Source: Patescibacteria group bacterium
Lineage (GTDB): Bacteria > Patescibacteriota > Patescibacteriia > UBA9934
Length of the DNA: 64,000 nucleotides
Direction of reading: 5' to 3'
Assembly (NCBI GenBank): GCA_018062825.1
Contig: JAGORL010000001.1
Location: 47,137-111,136, forward strand
A program made the position numbers and the translations under genes. Shown piece after piece: positions 19,365 to 29,317 of the stretch (the first letter of the stretch is position 1; every line of letters starts with the position of its first letter). The notes under the pieces are model-generated. The model was not told the DNA's origin. It was given only the letters and a program-made list of their open reading frames with translations, and did no database searches.

Positions 19365-20600
19365 ATACTTTCGTTTCTTTAGTCGATCAGGCAGATAGTC
19401 CTGCTTGGCATCCTCTGCATTTTCAAAAGCTGGTGTGTATTTGTAGTTCTTTCCGTAGCCAAGCTCTTTCATGAGCTTCGTTGGCGCATTGCGTAGGTGG
19501 ATTGGTACCGGCTCGTTCGGAAGTTCAGCAATGTCTTGCTTCACTTTTGCGTATCCAACATAAAGCGCATTTGATTTCGGGGCTTTCGCAAGATACGCCA
19601 CACACTGTGATAAAACGACGTTGCATTCCGGCATGCCAATGGCGTGCGCAGCTTGGTGCGCCGCCACCGCCTGAACAAGCGCCTGCGGATCAGCGAGACC
19701 GATATCTTCAGAGGCAAAGCGGACCAAGCGCCTGGTGATGTAGAGCGGATCTTCGCCTCCCTCAAGCATCCGACCAAGCCAGTACATAGCAGCTCCCGCA
19801 TCACCTCCTCGCATCGATTTGTGGAGGGCTGAGATGATGTTGTAATGCTCTTCGCCACCCTTGTCATAAAGAACGGCATTCTTTTTCAAAACGTCCGCCA
19901 CGAGTTCTTTGGTGATCTTCTTATTCTTCGTGGTCGTTGCCGCAATCTCAAGCGCGTTTAGCGCACTGCGTGCGTCGCCACTTGCGGTTGCCGCCAAAAA
20001 GCCGAGCGCTGCTTTATCTGCTGTGACTCCAAGTTTTCCAAGACCCTTCTCACTCTCGTTAAGCGCCCGTTGCAAAATACGCACAAGAGCTTCTTCTGGT
20101 AACTGTTCGAGTACCACCACTCGGCACCGAGAAAGCAAGGCGGCATTTACTTCAAATGAAGGATTCTCAGTCGTAGCACCAATAAAAGTCACAATCCCTT
20201 TTTCAACTGCTGGCAAAAATGCATCCTGCTGTGCCTTGTTAAAGCGATGAATCTCATCAACAAAGAGTGTTGTCCGTTCGCCGTAAAACTTGCGACGCTC
20301 CTCGGCATCTTTAATCACAGCTCGTACATCAGTAATGCTTCCACCGACTGCTGAAAATGGCACAAAGCGTGCCTTGGTGAGTGTGGCGATAATCCGGGCA
20401 AGTGTTGTTTTCCCAACCCCCGGTGGGCCCCAGAGCACAAGTGATGGCAATGAATCTTGTTCAATTGCTTGCTTAAGCCAAGTACCCTCACCGATGGCCC
20501 CAAGTTGACCCTCGTACTCAGAAAGGGTCGTTGGTCGAATGCGATCAGCAAGCGGAACCCCTTTAGGTAGGGTGTTCATTTTGGCATCAAAGAGGTCCAT
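19359..20600 (-). CDS. rarA: replication-associated recombination protein A (AAA+ ATPase)
   Basis: LVLWGPPGVGKTTLARIIA Walker A and MgsA C-terminal helical domain. Likely start at MDLFD (20600) rather than the track's 20669. Confidence 0.85.
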   Translation of the reverse strand: MDLFDAKMNTLPKGVPLADRIRPTTLSEYEGQLGAIGEGTWLKQAIEQDSLPSLVLWGPPGVGKTTLARIIATLTKARFVPFSAVGGSITDVRAVIKDAEERRKFYGERTTLFVDEIHRFNKAQQDAFLPAVEKGIVTFIGATTENPSFEVNAALLSRCRVVVLEQLPEEALVRILQRALNESEKGLGKLGVTADKAALGFLAATASGDARSALNALEIAATTTKNKKITKELVADVLKKNAVLYDKGGEEHYNIISALHKSMRGGDAGAAMYWLGRMLEGGEDPLYITRRLVRFASEDIGLADPQALVQAVAAHQAAHAIGMPECNVVLSQCVAYLAKAPKSNALYVGYAKVKQDIAELPNEPVPIHLRNAPTKLMKELGYGKNYKYTPAFENAEDAKQDYLPDRLKKRKYL

Positions 20601-20692
20601 AGCAATAAAATGACAGTAGTTGGAAGATTGACTTTTGTCACGTAAAATACTAGGATTATTAGTCCGCACCTGTGGACACCGGGAGATCAGAC

Positions 20693-21934
20693 ATGCTGGA
20701 AGGATTTCGTTCCTTGCTCGCCGACGAGTCGGCGGCCTACACCTGGCTCATGGAGCTTCACGAGGGAAGTCTCGCCACGATCGCGAAGGAGCGCGAGAAG
20801 ACCAACTGGGACAGCCTCACGCCTACCGAGCTTCTGCAGGAAGCTATGCAGGCGGTGGATCGCTGTGTGGCCGTTCTGCACCGCTGGGGCTTCGAGACCC
20901 ACTCCATGGACGCCGGCCACGGCATGGGCCACATCGTGCGTGACTACACGATGGCGCTCATCCTCGCGCCCTCCATGGAATGCTCGAACGTCGCGCGCTT
21001 CGCGGTCGTCCTCGCTGGCACCTTCCACGACATCGGCTGCGCCCTGCAGGGGCGCTACGAAGACGGCGAGCGCGCCGTTCGTCACGCCGAGGCCGGCGCG
21101 TACCTCATGCAGCTCGTGTTCACGGAAGCGGGTATCGACCCGCTCGTGAGCGAGCTCGCGGTCCTTGGGATCGTGGGTCACACCCACTACCCGCGGCCCA
21201 TGAAGGTCGTCTGCAAGGACGGCGTCGAGCGTGAGGTCAAGCCGTTCGTGGACCTGCACCCGGATGGGTCCCCCGTGATGTCGATCTGGGGACCCCGCTG
21301 GGTCGATCGCTGCGACCTGAACGGTCCGACCTTCATCGGTCGGCACGTGCTCACCCTCACGAACGTGCGGAAGGACTTCGATGGCGATGGCTTCTACGCC
21401 ATCGATCCCGCCGAGCACTTCCGTCCGATCATGCGCACCGCGGACGAGATCAAGGCCGCCGGTGGCGCCCGCACCATGCTCGAGCACATCGAGCTGTACC
21501 GTGGCAGCCAGTCGAACGCGTCCCTCTACGGCAAGTTCGACAGCCCCTTCATGCAGAGCATCCGCGACGAACGGGCGTCCTGCCTGAGCCACATCATGGC
21601 CGCGGTGCTCACCGGCGATGCGCCGCACGACATCGAAGCCACCCTCGTGCGCTTCGAGAGCTTCCTCGCCACGAACATCGAGCCAGATCCGGATCTCGGT
21701 CGACCGGCGGCAAGGAAGATCATGGCGGCCTTCCGTGAGCTCCCCGAACACACCAAGGAGCGTTGGGCAGCCGGGTTCGAGGCCACGATGGCCGAGTACC
21801 ACGTCTACCACGAGCAGATGATCGAGCTGCTCGCCGGAAGCAAGATCAGCCAGGGTCCAAGCGATGAGTTCCGGATCCTTGGCTACAGCGTGCTCTCGGT
21901 GCTCACCCCGCACCGTTCCTGGTCCGCGCGCTAG
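20693..21934 (+). CDS. HD-superfamily metal-dependent phosphohydrolase; compositionally foreign (~65% GC)
   Basis: Motifs H...GHGMGH ... FHDIG ... H ... D. Good SD sequence (GGGAG 8 nt upstream). GC3-rich codon usage, unlike neighbours. Antisense ORF 20687..21955 has GC-artefact composition. Confidence 0.6.
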   Translation: MLEGFRSLLADESAAYTWLMELHEGSLATIAKEREKTNWDSLTPTELLQEAMQAVDRCVAVLHRWGFETHSMDAGHGMGHIVRDYTMALILAPSMECSNVARFAVVLAGTFHDIGCALQGRYEDGERAVRHAEAGAYLMQLVFTEAGIDPLVSELAVLGIVGHTHYPRPMKVVCKDGVEREVKPFVDLHPDGSPVMSIWGPRWVDRCDLNGPTFIGRHVLTLTNVRKDFDGDGFYAIDPAEHFRPIMRTADEIKAAGGARTMLEHIELYRGSQSNASLYGKFDSPFMQSIRDERASCLSHIMAAVLTGDAPHDIEATLVRFESFLATNIEPDPDLGRPAARKIMAAFRELPEHTKERWAAGFEATMAEYHVYHEQMIELLAGSKISQGPSDEFRILGYSVLSVLTPHRSWSAR

Positions 21935-21948
21935 GCGCCGCGACCACC

Positions 21949-21986
21949 TCGCCACCCAAGCCTTGAAAGAGGTGCGGGTGGCTTTT
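21949..21986. terminator. GC-rich hairpin terminator shared by HD gene (+) and rsmB (-)
   Basis: gccaccc-aagccttgaaagaggtgc-gggtggc followed by ttttctattt. Confidence 0.5.
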
Positions 21987-22925
21987 CTATTTGTCGGACT
22001 TCTTCACCTTTGCAACGAAGAACCCTTCATGAAGCACAGTTGGTAAAACAATCGTGCCTGCAGTTGTCTTTTTAATATCTTTAAGGGGGAGTGCGCTTGG
22101 CTGCAAGCTTAATTCAGGAAACTCAGTAAGAAGCCAAGTAATCATCTGTTCATTTTCTTGCGGCGCAAGCGTGCAGGTTGAGTAAACAAGTTCGCCTCCT
22201 GGGGCAAGTGCGCGTACAGCTGCACGCAAGAGTCGGCGCTGCAGCTTGGCATGCTCGGTAATATTTTTCTCAGACCAGTACTTAAAGGTACGTACGTCGC
22301 TAAAATCAACGCGCCCTTCAGCCGAGCAGGGGACGTCGGCTAGGATCTTGGTAAAACGACCATTCCACTCTTCAGGTAGGCGAGTGCTATCAATATGCTT
22401 TACCTCGGTATGAAGTACGCGTTGCACATCAAGCGTATGCTGCAGTTTTTGCACGCGGATGTCATTCTCTTCACAGGCAATGAGCGTGCCCTGATCATGC
22501 ATAAGTGCCGCCATCTGCGACGTCTTACTGCCAGGAGCCGCACAAAGGTCAAGAACAAGATCGCTCTTGGTTGGCGCAAGAACAAGCGGTGGCAATTGAG
22601 AGGCTATGCCTTGAAGATAGATCTTGCCACTTGTGGTAAGCGGGTGAGCAAGCATCTCTTTGTCACCTTTATTTTTAACTACAAAGGCATGCGGAATATC
22701 CTTCACACGCTCAAAGGCAATAGCATCGTTCCGCAGTGTCTCCATGACTGATGCGTCATCGGTAACGATTGTGTTTACTCGAAACGTTGTTTTGCGAGGG
22801 CTACCAAAAACCTTCACCATCGCGTCGGTTATATGATCGCCAAATTGAGTACGCAGTCGATCGTAGAGGGTTTGATGTAGGGGATTTTTCATACATGACG
22901 CAAAGTCGGATGGGTATAGTGCCAA
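21987..22925 (-). CDS. rsmB: 16S rRNA m5C methyltransferase (RsmB/RsmF, NOL1/NOP2/Sun family)
   Basis: SAM motif LDLCAAPGSKTSQMA and catalytic PCSAEG...YSTCTL. Confidence 0.75.
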   Translation of the reverse strand: MALYPSDFASCMKNPLHQTLYDRLRTQFGDHITDAMVKVFGSPRKTTFRVNTIVTDDASVMETLRNDAIAFERVKDIPHAFVVKNKGDKEMLAHPLTTSGKIYLQGIASQLPPLVLAPTKSDLVLDLCAAPGSKTSQMAALMHDQGTLIACEENDIRVQKLQHTLDVQRVLHTEVKHIDSTRLPEEWNGRFTKILADVPCSAEGRVDFSDVRTFKYWSEKNITEHAKLQRRLLRAAVRALAPGGELVYSTCTLAPQENEQMITWLLTEFPELSLQPSALPLKDIKKTTAGTIVLPTVLHEGFFVAKVKKSDK

Positions 22926-22961
22926 GATTAGCGCTTTCTGGAAAAAACGGTAGCCAGGTTA

Positions 22962-23327
22962 GTGATAATAAAGTACACTGTTCCTAGTATGCAAGCCATT
23001 CTCGCCACCGAACTCAAGGCTCACCTTGAGGCTCAAAAGCCAGTCACGCTTATTGATTTGCAGGACGATCAAGGGTTTACGCACCGCCACATCCCAAGCG
23101 CTACGCACCTTGTTGTGCAAGTAGGCGATGAGGCTGAGGTAGGAAATGTGCTCAAAGATAAAGATGCGTTTATTGTGATCTATGGTGAGTTTGATGAGCT
23201 AGGTAAGGGCTCTGCCGCGGAAGCGGTCTTGCAGTCTCTCGGCTATACAAATGTGCATCGGTTACAGGGTGGGTTAATGGGTTGGATGGAGGCCGGTTAC
23301 GCCGTTGAGGGCGGGGCATCATCCTAG
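22962..23327 (+). CDS. single-domain rhodanese-like protein (no active-site Cys)
   Basis: Rhodanese fold ending in GGLMGWMEAGY. The CX5R catalytic loop has no cysteine (VIYGEFDELGKG). Confidence 0.55.
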   Translation: MIIKYTVPSMQAILATELKAHLEAQKPVTLIDLQDDQGFTHRHIPSATHLVVQVGDEAEVGNVLKDKDAFIVIYGEFDELGKGSAAEAVLQSLGYTNVHRLQGGLMGWMEAGYAVEGGASS

Positions 23328-23372
23328 AAATGTCCCCAAGAGCGGTTTTCCGCTCTTTTTTGTAAAATAGTT

Positions 23373-24575
23373 ATGGTTGCTTCGGAAAACTTCCTATCAC
23401 AACTTAAAGATGCTGAACGGGTTACTTCGTATCCAAAGCGTTTTCTTTCCTATCTAAAAATGCCAATGGCAGAGGTGCACCGCCGAATTAAGCTGCGCTT
23501 AGATAATGGCAGTGTTAAGGAGATCCCGGCTTTTCGTGTTCAGCACAACAATTGGCGAGGACCATTCAAAGGCGGCATTCGCGTTGATGCCGCAATTGAT
23601 CTTGATGAGATGCGCACGCTTGCTACCTTGCTGTCGTTAAAAACGGCGGTCGTGAATATTCCCATGGGCGGAGCTAAAGGCGGCATAGCCATTGATCCAA
23701 AAAAGCTTTCTCATACTGAGCTTGAGCGATTGGCACAAGGGTACATTGAGGCGTTTAGCGATATTCTCGGGCCAGAAACAGATGTTCCAGGCCCTGATAC
23801 CTTTGAGGACCGACACATGGATGTTATGGCACGAGTGTTTGGGCATCCGGGCGTAGTCACTGGAAAAAGTATTGAACAAGGAGGGAGTGAGGGGCGAGAA
23901 ACAGCGATCGGTGATGGCGGCTGGTACGTGCTAGCCGCCTTGCGTCCATGCCTTGATCTCCCAAAGCGAGGAGCGCGTATTGCGATTCACGGTTTTGGTC
24001 GCGTCGGTCAATCGTTTGCTCGCGCCGCACAAAAGCGCGGGGACCTCATAGTTGCCGTGGCTGATTCTCAAGGCGGCATTTACGATCCCGATGGTTTGGC
24101 TATGGACCAACTATGCGATCACAAGTTGAAAACCGGCTCCGTTGTTGGTTATCCAGATGCTAAGCCGCTAAATACTGATGAGATCATCTCCGTTGCCTGC
24201 GACATTTTTGTTCCTTCGGCGTTTGAGGGTCAAATGCAAGAAGTTGATGCAAAGCACGTGGACGCTAAGGTTGTACTGGAACTTGCAAGCGGCCCAGCAA
24301 CCATTGAAGCGGACCGTGTCCTTGAAGAGCGAGGGATTACTGTCATTCCGGATATCTTGGCAAACGCTGGTGGCGTTACTGTGAGTTACTTTGAATGGGA
24401 ACAAAATAGAACTCATCTGACTTGGTCAGCGGCTGAGGTTGAAGCAAAGCTGCAAAAAACCATGACTGATGCCGCAAATGAGATCTGGGATCTGCATGAG
24501 GCGCATGGCTACAGTTTACGTACCGCTGCGCTTGTTCTGGCTCTGAAACGTCTAGCAACCGCGGCCGTTTATTAA
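23373..24575 (+). CDS. Glu/Leu/Phe/Val-family amino-acid dehydrogenase
   Basis: NIPMGGAKGGIAIDP catalytic Lys box and HGFGRVG NAD Rossmann motif. Confidence 0.8.
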   Translation: MVASENFLSQLKDAERVTSYPKRFLSYLKMPMAEVHRRIKLRLDNGSVKEIPAFRVQHNNWRGPFKGGIRVDAAIDLDEMRTLATLLSLKTAVVNIPMGGAKGGIAIDPKKLSHTELERLAQGYIEAFSDILGPETDVPGPDTFEDRHMDVMARVFGHPGVVTGKSIEQGGSEGRETAIGDGGWYVLAALRPCLDLPKRGARIAIHGFGRVGQSFARAAQKRGDLIVAVADSQGGIYDPDGLAMDQLCDHKLKTGSVVGYPDAKPLNTDEIISVACDIFVPSAFEGQMQEVDAKHVDAKVVLELASGPATIEADRVLEERGITVIPDILANAGGVTVSYFEWEQNRTHLTWSAAEVEAKLQKTMTDAANEIWDLHEAHGYSLRTAALVLALKRLATAAVY

Positions 24576-24617
24576 GGCACTTGCCAGTAACCCCCCAAGT
24601 TCCTACACTACTTCAGT

Positions 24618-26969
24618 ATGTCGTACGATTTTGAAAAGATTGATGGAAAGTGGCAGGCAAGGTGGCTTGAAAATAAGGCCTTCGCTGCTAAAAATAATGA
24701 TCCCCGTGAGAAATACTACGTTCTCGTAGAGTTTCCTTTTCCTTCGGGCGCCGGTTTGCACGTTGGTCACGTGCGCAGCTATACGGCGCTTGATGCTGTC
24801 GCGCGCAAGAAACGCATGGACGGCAAGAATGTGCTGTTCCCAATGGGTTGGGATGCCTTTGGTTTGCCAGCTGAGAACTATGCTATTAAAACCGGTATTC
24901 ACCCCTCGGTGATTACTAAAGAAAATACCGATACCTTCCGCCGCCAATTACAAAGCATGGGTTTTAGCTTTGATTGGGACCGTGAGATTGATACGACCGA
25001 TCCGAAATACTACCGCTGGACACAGTGGATGTTCTTAGAGTTTTTCAAAGCAGGTTTGGCATATAAGGCCACCACCACCATCAATTGGTGCCCCAAAGAT
25101 AAGACCGGTCTCGCTAATGAGGAGGTTGTCGCTGGCGCATGTGAACGCTGCGGAACGCCTGTTGAGAAGCGCGAGAAAGAGCAGTGGATGCTCGCTATTA
25201 CCAAATACGCTGATCGTCTAATCGACGATTTAAAAACCGTCGATTACTTGCCGAAGATTAAAAAGCAGCAAGAAGACTGGATTGGTCGATCAGAAGGTGC
25301 AGAAATTAGCTTTGCCTTGAAATTTATTTTCAACAAAGAGGCTAATAATAATCGCGGTCCAAATGGCGAGGTTGCACAACTCCCGGTGTTTACCACGCGC
25401 CCAGATACTATTTTCGGTGTAACCTATATAGTCATTGCCCCAGAACACCCGTGGGTCACCTTGGCGCTCGATAGCAATCACGAAGTTCTTGAAAATAAGG
25501 CTGAGGTTACAGCGTATGTCGAGGACGTAAAAAAGCGCACCGACATTGATCGCACCAATGACGATAAAGAGAAAACCGGTGTTGAGCTAAAAGGCATCAA
25601 AGCCATCAATCCAGCAACAGGTGAAGAAGTGCCTGTTTGGGTAGGGGATTACGTACTCCCACATTACGGCACTGGCGTTGTCATGGCTGTGCCACAGCAT
25701 GATGAACGCGATGCTGCCTTTGCCAAGAAGTACAACCTCCCTGTTCTTGATAAGCCGCTTGTTTCATTCGCTGAGGCTCTCAAGGCTACCGGCGGCAAGA
25801 AGCAGGTGAAATACAAGCTGCGCGATTGGGTCTTTTCACGCCAGCGATATTGGGGCGAACCTATTCCACTTATTCACTGTGAAAAAGATGGTTGGGTGGC
25901 GGTTCCGGAGGATCAATTGCCAGTAACCTTGCCGCAAGTAGAAAAGTACGAACCAACCGATAACGGTGAGTCTCCGCTTTCCGCTATTGATAGCTTTGTA
26001 AATACTACCTGCCCAACCTGTAACGGTCCTGCCAAGCGCGAAACCGACACCATGCCAAATTGGGCGGGTTCAAGCTGGTATTTCTTGCGTTATATTGATC
26101 CAAACAACGATCAAGCCTTTGCTTCCAAGGAGAATCTGAAGTATTGGATGCCGGTTGATCTGTATAACGGCGGCATGGAGCACACGACACTCCACCTTCT
26201 ATACTCCCGTTTTTGGAATAAGGTACTTTTTGATCGCGGTCACGTACCGGTAAGTGAGCCCTATCACCGCCGCCACAGTCATGGGCTCATTTTGGCTGAA
26301 GATGGCTCAAAGATGTCCAAGTCAAAAGGCAACGTCGTCAACCCGGATGAAATCGTGTACAAGCACGGTGCTGATACTTTGCGTGTCTATGAGCTTTTCA
26401 TTGGCCCCTTTGAAGAGCCAGCGCCATGGAGCATGAATGGCGTCGCTGGCGTTAAGCGCTTCCTTGACCGCTCGCTTCGTCTTATTGAAAAAGTTGCAAG
26501 CGCTGAGCCGATCGAGGTTACCAAGGCTCTCCATAAAACCATCAAAAAAGTCGGATCAGATCTTGATGGCTTGCATTTCAACACCGCCGTGTCGCAACTC
26601 ATGATGTTTGTCAACGCCGCCACTGATGCCGGCGCCATCACCAAAGAATCGCTTGTGAAGTTCGCTCAGATTCTTTGTCCACTTGCTCCACACGTTGCTA
26701 ATGAAATCGCTGAGCGCCTTGGAGAGTCTCAGATCGCGCAAGGGCAGCAGTGGCCAATTGTTGATGAATCGCTACTTATCGAGGATGTTATTACTATCTC
26801 TATTCAGGTAAATGGCAAGTTGCGTGGCACGGTTTCTGTGGCTCCTGCCATTGAGAAGGAAGCTTTAATCGCCTTGGCGCAAGCCGAAGAAGGAGTTGCA
26901 AAGTTCATTACAGGTGAGCCAAAGAAGGTCATTGTTGTTCCAGGTAAAATTGTTAATTTCGTGGTGTAG
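24618..26969 (+). CDS. leuS: leucine--tRNA ligase
   Basis: HVGHVRSY (HIGH), KMSKSKGN (KMSKS), 783 aa. Confidence 0.95.
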   Translation: MSYDFEKIDGKWQARWLENKAFAAKNNDPREKYYVLVEFPFPSGAGLHVGHVRSYTALDAVARKKRMDGKNVLFPMGWDAFGLPAENYAIKTGIHPSVITKENTDTFRRQLQSMGFSFDWDREIDTTDPKYYRWTQWMFLEFFKAGLAYKATTTINWCPKDKTGLANEEVVAGACERCGTPVEKREKEQWMLAITKYADRLIDDLKTVDYLPKIKKQQEDWIGRSEGAEISFALKFIFNKEANNNRGPNGEVAQLPVFTTRPDTIFGVTYIVIAPEHPWVTLALDSNHEVLENKAEVTAYVEDVKKRTDIDRTNDDKEKTGVELKGIKAINPATGEEVPVWVGDYVLPHYGTGVVMAVPQHDERDAAFAKKYNLPVLDKPLVSFAEALKATGGKKQVKYKLRDWVFSRQRYWGEPIPLIHCEKDGWVAVPEDQLPVTLPQVEKYEPTDNGESPLSAIDSFVNTTCPTCNGPAKRETDTMPNWAGSSWYFLRYIDPNNDQAFASKENLKYWMPVDLYNGGMEHTTLHLLYSRFWNKVLFDRGHVPVSEPYHRRHSHGLILAEDGSKMSKSKGNVVNPDEIVYKHGADTLRVYELFIGPFEEPAPWSMNGVAGVKRFLDRSLRLIEKVASAEPIEVTKALHKTIKKVGSDLDGLHFNTAVSQLMMFVNAATDAGAITKESLVKFAQILCPLAPHVANEIAERLGESQIAQGQQWPIVDESLLIEDVITISIQVNGKLRGTVSVAPAIEKEALIALAQAEEGVAKFITGEPKKVIVVPGKIVNFVV

Positions 26970-26970
26970 T

Positions 26971-28437
26971 GTGAGAAAAGTGGAGGAAGCGATCCCGCCG
27001 TCATACGTGCTTTCCGCACTGTGCGGCGGTTTTGTTATTGGTGTTATCGCTTGTTCGTTCATTGTTTCCTGGTGGTTGCCGCTCGCGTGTGCTCTGGGTG
27101 CTTTCTTTGGAGCCAGATATCTTTTTGGCATTAATAAGAGTACGTGGCGTCTGATTGTGTTTGGGGCTTTTATGCTCGGAGCTGCTTTGTCATGGGGAAG
27201 GTATGCCGCCATGACGCCCGATAGTCAGAGCGTGGCTGGCGTACTCGGCGATAAAGAGGTGGAGGGGCAAGTGGTAGCGATCCAGATCACTGATTCCGGG
27301 CAGCGTTTAACCCTGAACAATCTTCGTGTTCAAGGTAGTGGGGTAAATGATCGGGTACTACTCACGGTTCCTAGGCTCCCGCTGTATCGCATCGGCGACG
27401 TAGTACGAACCGCGTGCAGCCTCAAGGCTCCGGAGCCATTTGATGACTTTCGTTACGATCATTACCTAGCCGCCAAAGACATATACGCCACCTGTAAAAC
27501 GTATCAGTCGCCACTTATTGTCGAACATAGAGTCACGCCGCGCTCATTAATTGCAGACCTGCATGACGCTTCATTGCGCGCCATTGAACGCACCGCGCTT
27601 CCTCCTCATGATGCGTTACTTGCCGGTCTTCTTTTTGGCGATGCTCGCTTTTCAGAGGCTTGGGATGAGCGCTTTTTACGAACCGGTACAACCCACGTTG
27701 TAGCCGCCTCGGGATACAACGTTACGCTCCTAGTATCACTCCTGGGCGGACTCGCTGTTGCCTGCGGAATTCGTCGCCGTTCCGCGATACCGGCACTGAT
27801 CATCGGTGTTATCTGTTTCGTCTTTTTCGCAGGGGCCGGAGCAGCGGTAACACGTGCCGGCATGATGGCTTCAATCGCACTTGTCGCTACCTACGTCGGT
27901 CGACCAAGCGGTGCTCCAAGGGCGCTCTTTTATGCCGTGTGCGTCATGCTCGCCATTAACCCACTTCTCTTGCGTGACGACATCGGGTTTCAGCTCTCAG
28001 TAACCTCAACAATGGGGTTGCTGCTTTTCGCGTCTCCTCTTGGGAAAAGGCTCATATTCATTCCAGAGACTTTCGGTATCCGCGAGTCAGTCGCCTCAAC
28101 GTTCGCAGCTAGTTTTACCACGCTCCCGGTACTACTTGCCGCCGGTAGTGGCATCTCCGTAACGTCGTTTCTGACTAACTTTTTCATCCTGCCATTTGTG
28201 CCATATGCCATGGGATTTGGAGCGCTCGCAGCTGTCGTCGGCATTGTGTCAGAAAGTCTTGGTCGATTGGTTGGTCTTGGAGCAGTTGGCTGCACTGCCT
28301 GGATGCTGTTTGTGATTCGTTCCTTTGCACAGTTTGGCGATGCGCTTGTGGCGCCACCTGGAGTGAAGGAGTTGCTCATACTCGCGTCTCTACTTGCGAT
28401 TATGTACGCGGTACATAGAACACGTTCATATGAATAA
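26971..28437 (+). CDS. comEC: ComEC/Rec2 competence protein, membrane channel portion (GTG start)
   Basis: DUF4131-like N-terminus followed by a polytopic competence domain. In-frame GTG at 26971 lies just after the leuS stop. Confidence 0.65.
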   Translation: MRKVEEAIPPSYVLSALCGGFVIGVIACSFIVSWWLPLACALGAFFGARYLFGINKSTWRLIVFGAFMLGAALSWGRYAAMTPDSQSVAGVLGDKEVEGQVVAIQITDSGQRLTLNNLRVQGSGVNDRVLLTVPRLPLYRIGDVVRTACSLKAPEPFDDFRYDHYLAAKDIYATCKTYQSPLIVEHRVTPRSLIADLHDASLRAIERTALPPHDALLAGLLFGDARFSEAWDERFLRTGTTHVVAASGYNVTLLVSLLGGLAVACGIRRRSAIPALIIGVICFVFFAGAGAAVTRAGMMASIALVATYVGRPSGAPRALFYAVCVMLAINPLLLRDDIGFQLSVTSTMGLLLFASPLGKRLIFIPETFGIRESVASTFAASFTTLPVLLAAGSGISVTSFLTNFFILPFVPYAMGFGALAAVVGIVSESLGRLVGLGAVGCTAWMLFVIRSFAQFGDALVAPPGVKELLILASLLAIMYAVHRTRSYE

Positions 28438-29272
28438 ACGACCGATAGCAATCACGCTTGGCATTGCAGTACTTTGCGCTCTTACGCTCATGCCAAAGTT
28501 ACCACGCCAATGTGAGGCGATAGTCTGCGTCTGGGTATTTGATATCGGGCAGGGCGATGCCATCTATATCGATGGCCAGGATTACGATCTTGTCATTGAT
28601 GGTGGACCAACGGATATGGTCGTCGAAAAAATCGGTGCCATCCTCTATCCGTGGGACACCTCTATCGATGCTACCCTCATGACGCACCCGGATGCGGATC
28701 ATATGAACGGCCTCGCGCATCTACTGGGTCGGTATCGAATACTAAATGTGTTCGACTCACTTCAGGCCGGTTCATCTGCCGAGTACGCCGCCTATGAAGA
28801 ATTATCCGGGCCAAGAAGGCAAGGGCTACATGCGGGCGATAGGCTAGAGCTTGGCGGGGGAGCGTATCTTGAGATTGTATACCCGGAGCAAACCTTTGAT
28901 CGAAATAAACTCAGCGATCCAAACGGCGCCTCGATTATCGCCATACTTCATGTTGGGGATCAGGCTATGCTGTTGACGGGCGATGCTGGAGTCGAGCAAG
29001 AGCGAGAGATAGTAAACAGCTTACCGGACATCGATGTATTAAAAGTGGGTCATCACGGGAGTCGTACTTCAACAAGTGCCGAGCTTTTAGAGGCAGCAAA
29101 GCCAGAGATCGCAATCATTCCGGCGGGCAAAGATAATGATTACGGTCATCCGCACCCGGACGTCGTTGATCGTCTGCTTGAATACGGCGTCACCGTGTAT
29201 CAAACCAATCTTCATGGTGATATTCGGATAGACTTTGGTCAAGAAATAACGGTAAAACGTTTTTCACTATAA
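28430..29272 (+). CDS. comEC: ComEC C-terminal metallo-beta-lactamase domain, separate ORF in +1 frame
   Basis: DGGPTDMVVEKIG...HPDADHMNGL...GDAG...VGHHGS. Overlaps upstream ORF by about 8 nt in a different frame. Confidence 0.65.
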   Translation: MNKRPIAITLGIAVLCALTLMPKLPRQCEAIVCVWVFDIGQGDAIYIDGQDYDLVIDGGPTDMVVEKIGAILYPWDTSIDATLMTHPDADHMNGLAHLLGRYRILNVFDSLQAGSSAEYAAYEELSGPRRQGLHAGDRLELGGGAYLEIVYPEQTFDRNKLSDPNGASIIAILHVGDQAMLLTGDAGVEQEREIVNSLPDIDVLKVGHHGSRTSTSAELLEAAKPEIAIIPAGKDNDYGHPHPDVVDRLLEYGVTVYQTNLHGDIRIDFGQEITVKRFSL

Positions 29273-29276
29273 AAAA

Positions 29277-29312
29277 GAAGGCCCGCACCAGAGGGGATCT
29301 GGTGCGGGGAGA
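29277..29312 (-). terminator. GC-rich terminator for the minus-strand NTase gene
   Basis: Minus strand: cccgcaccagatcccctctggtgcggg followed by ccttctttttt. Confidence 0.5.
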
Positions 29313-29317
29313 ATTGC

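Noticed and set aside
20687-21955. 422-aa minus-strand ORF fully overlapping the HD-domain gene
   Set aside because: Arg/Gly/Val/Ala/His/Asp-rich low-complexity translation typical of an antisense frame in high-GC DNA. The plus-strand product has ordered HD motifs and an SD sequence.
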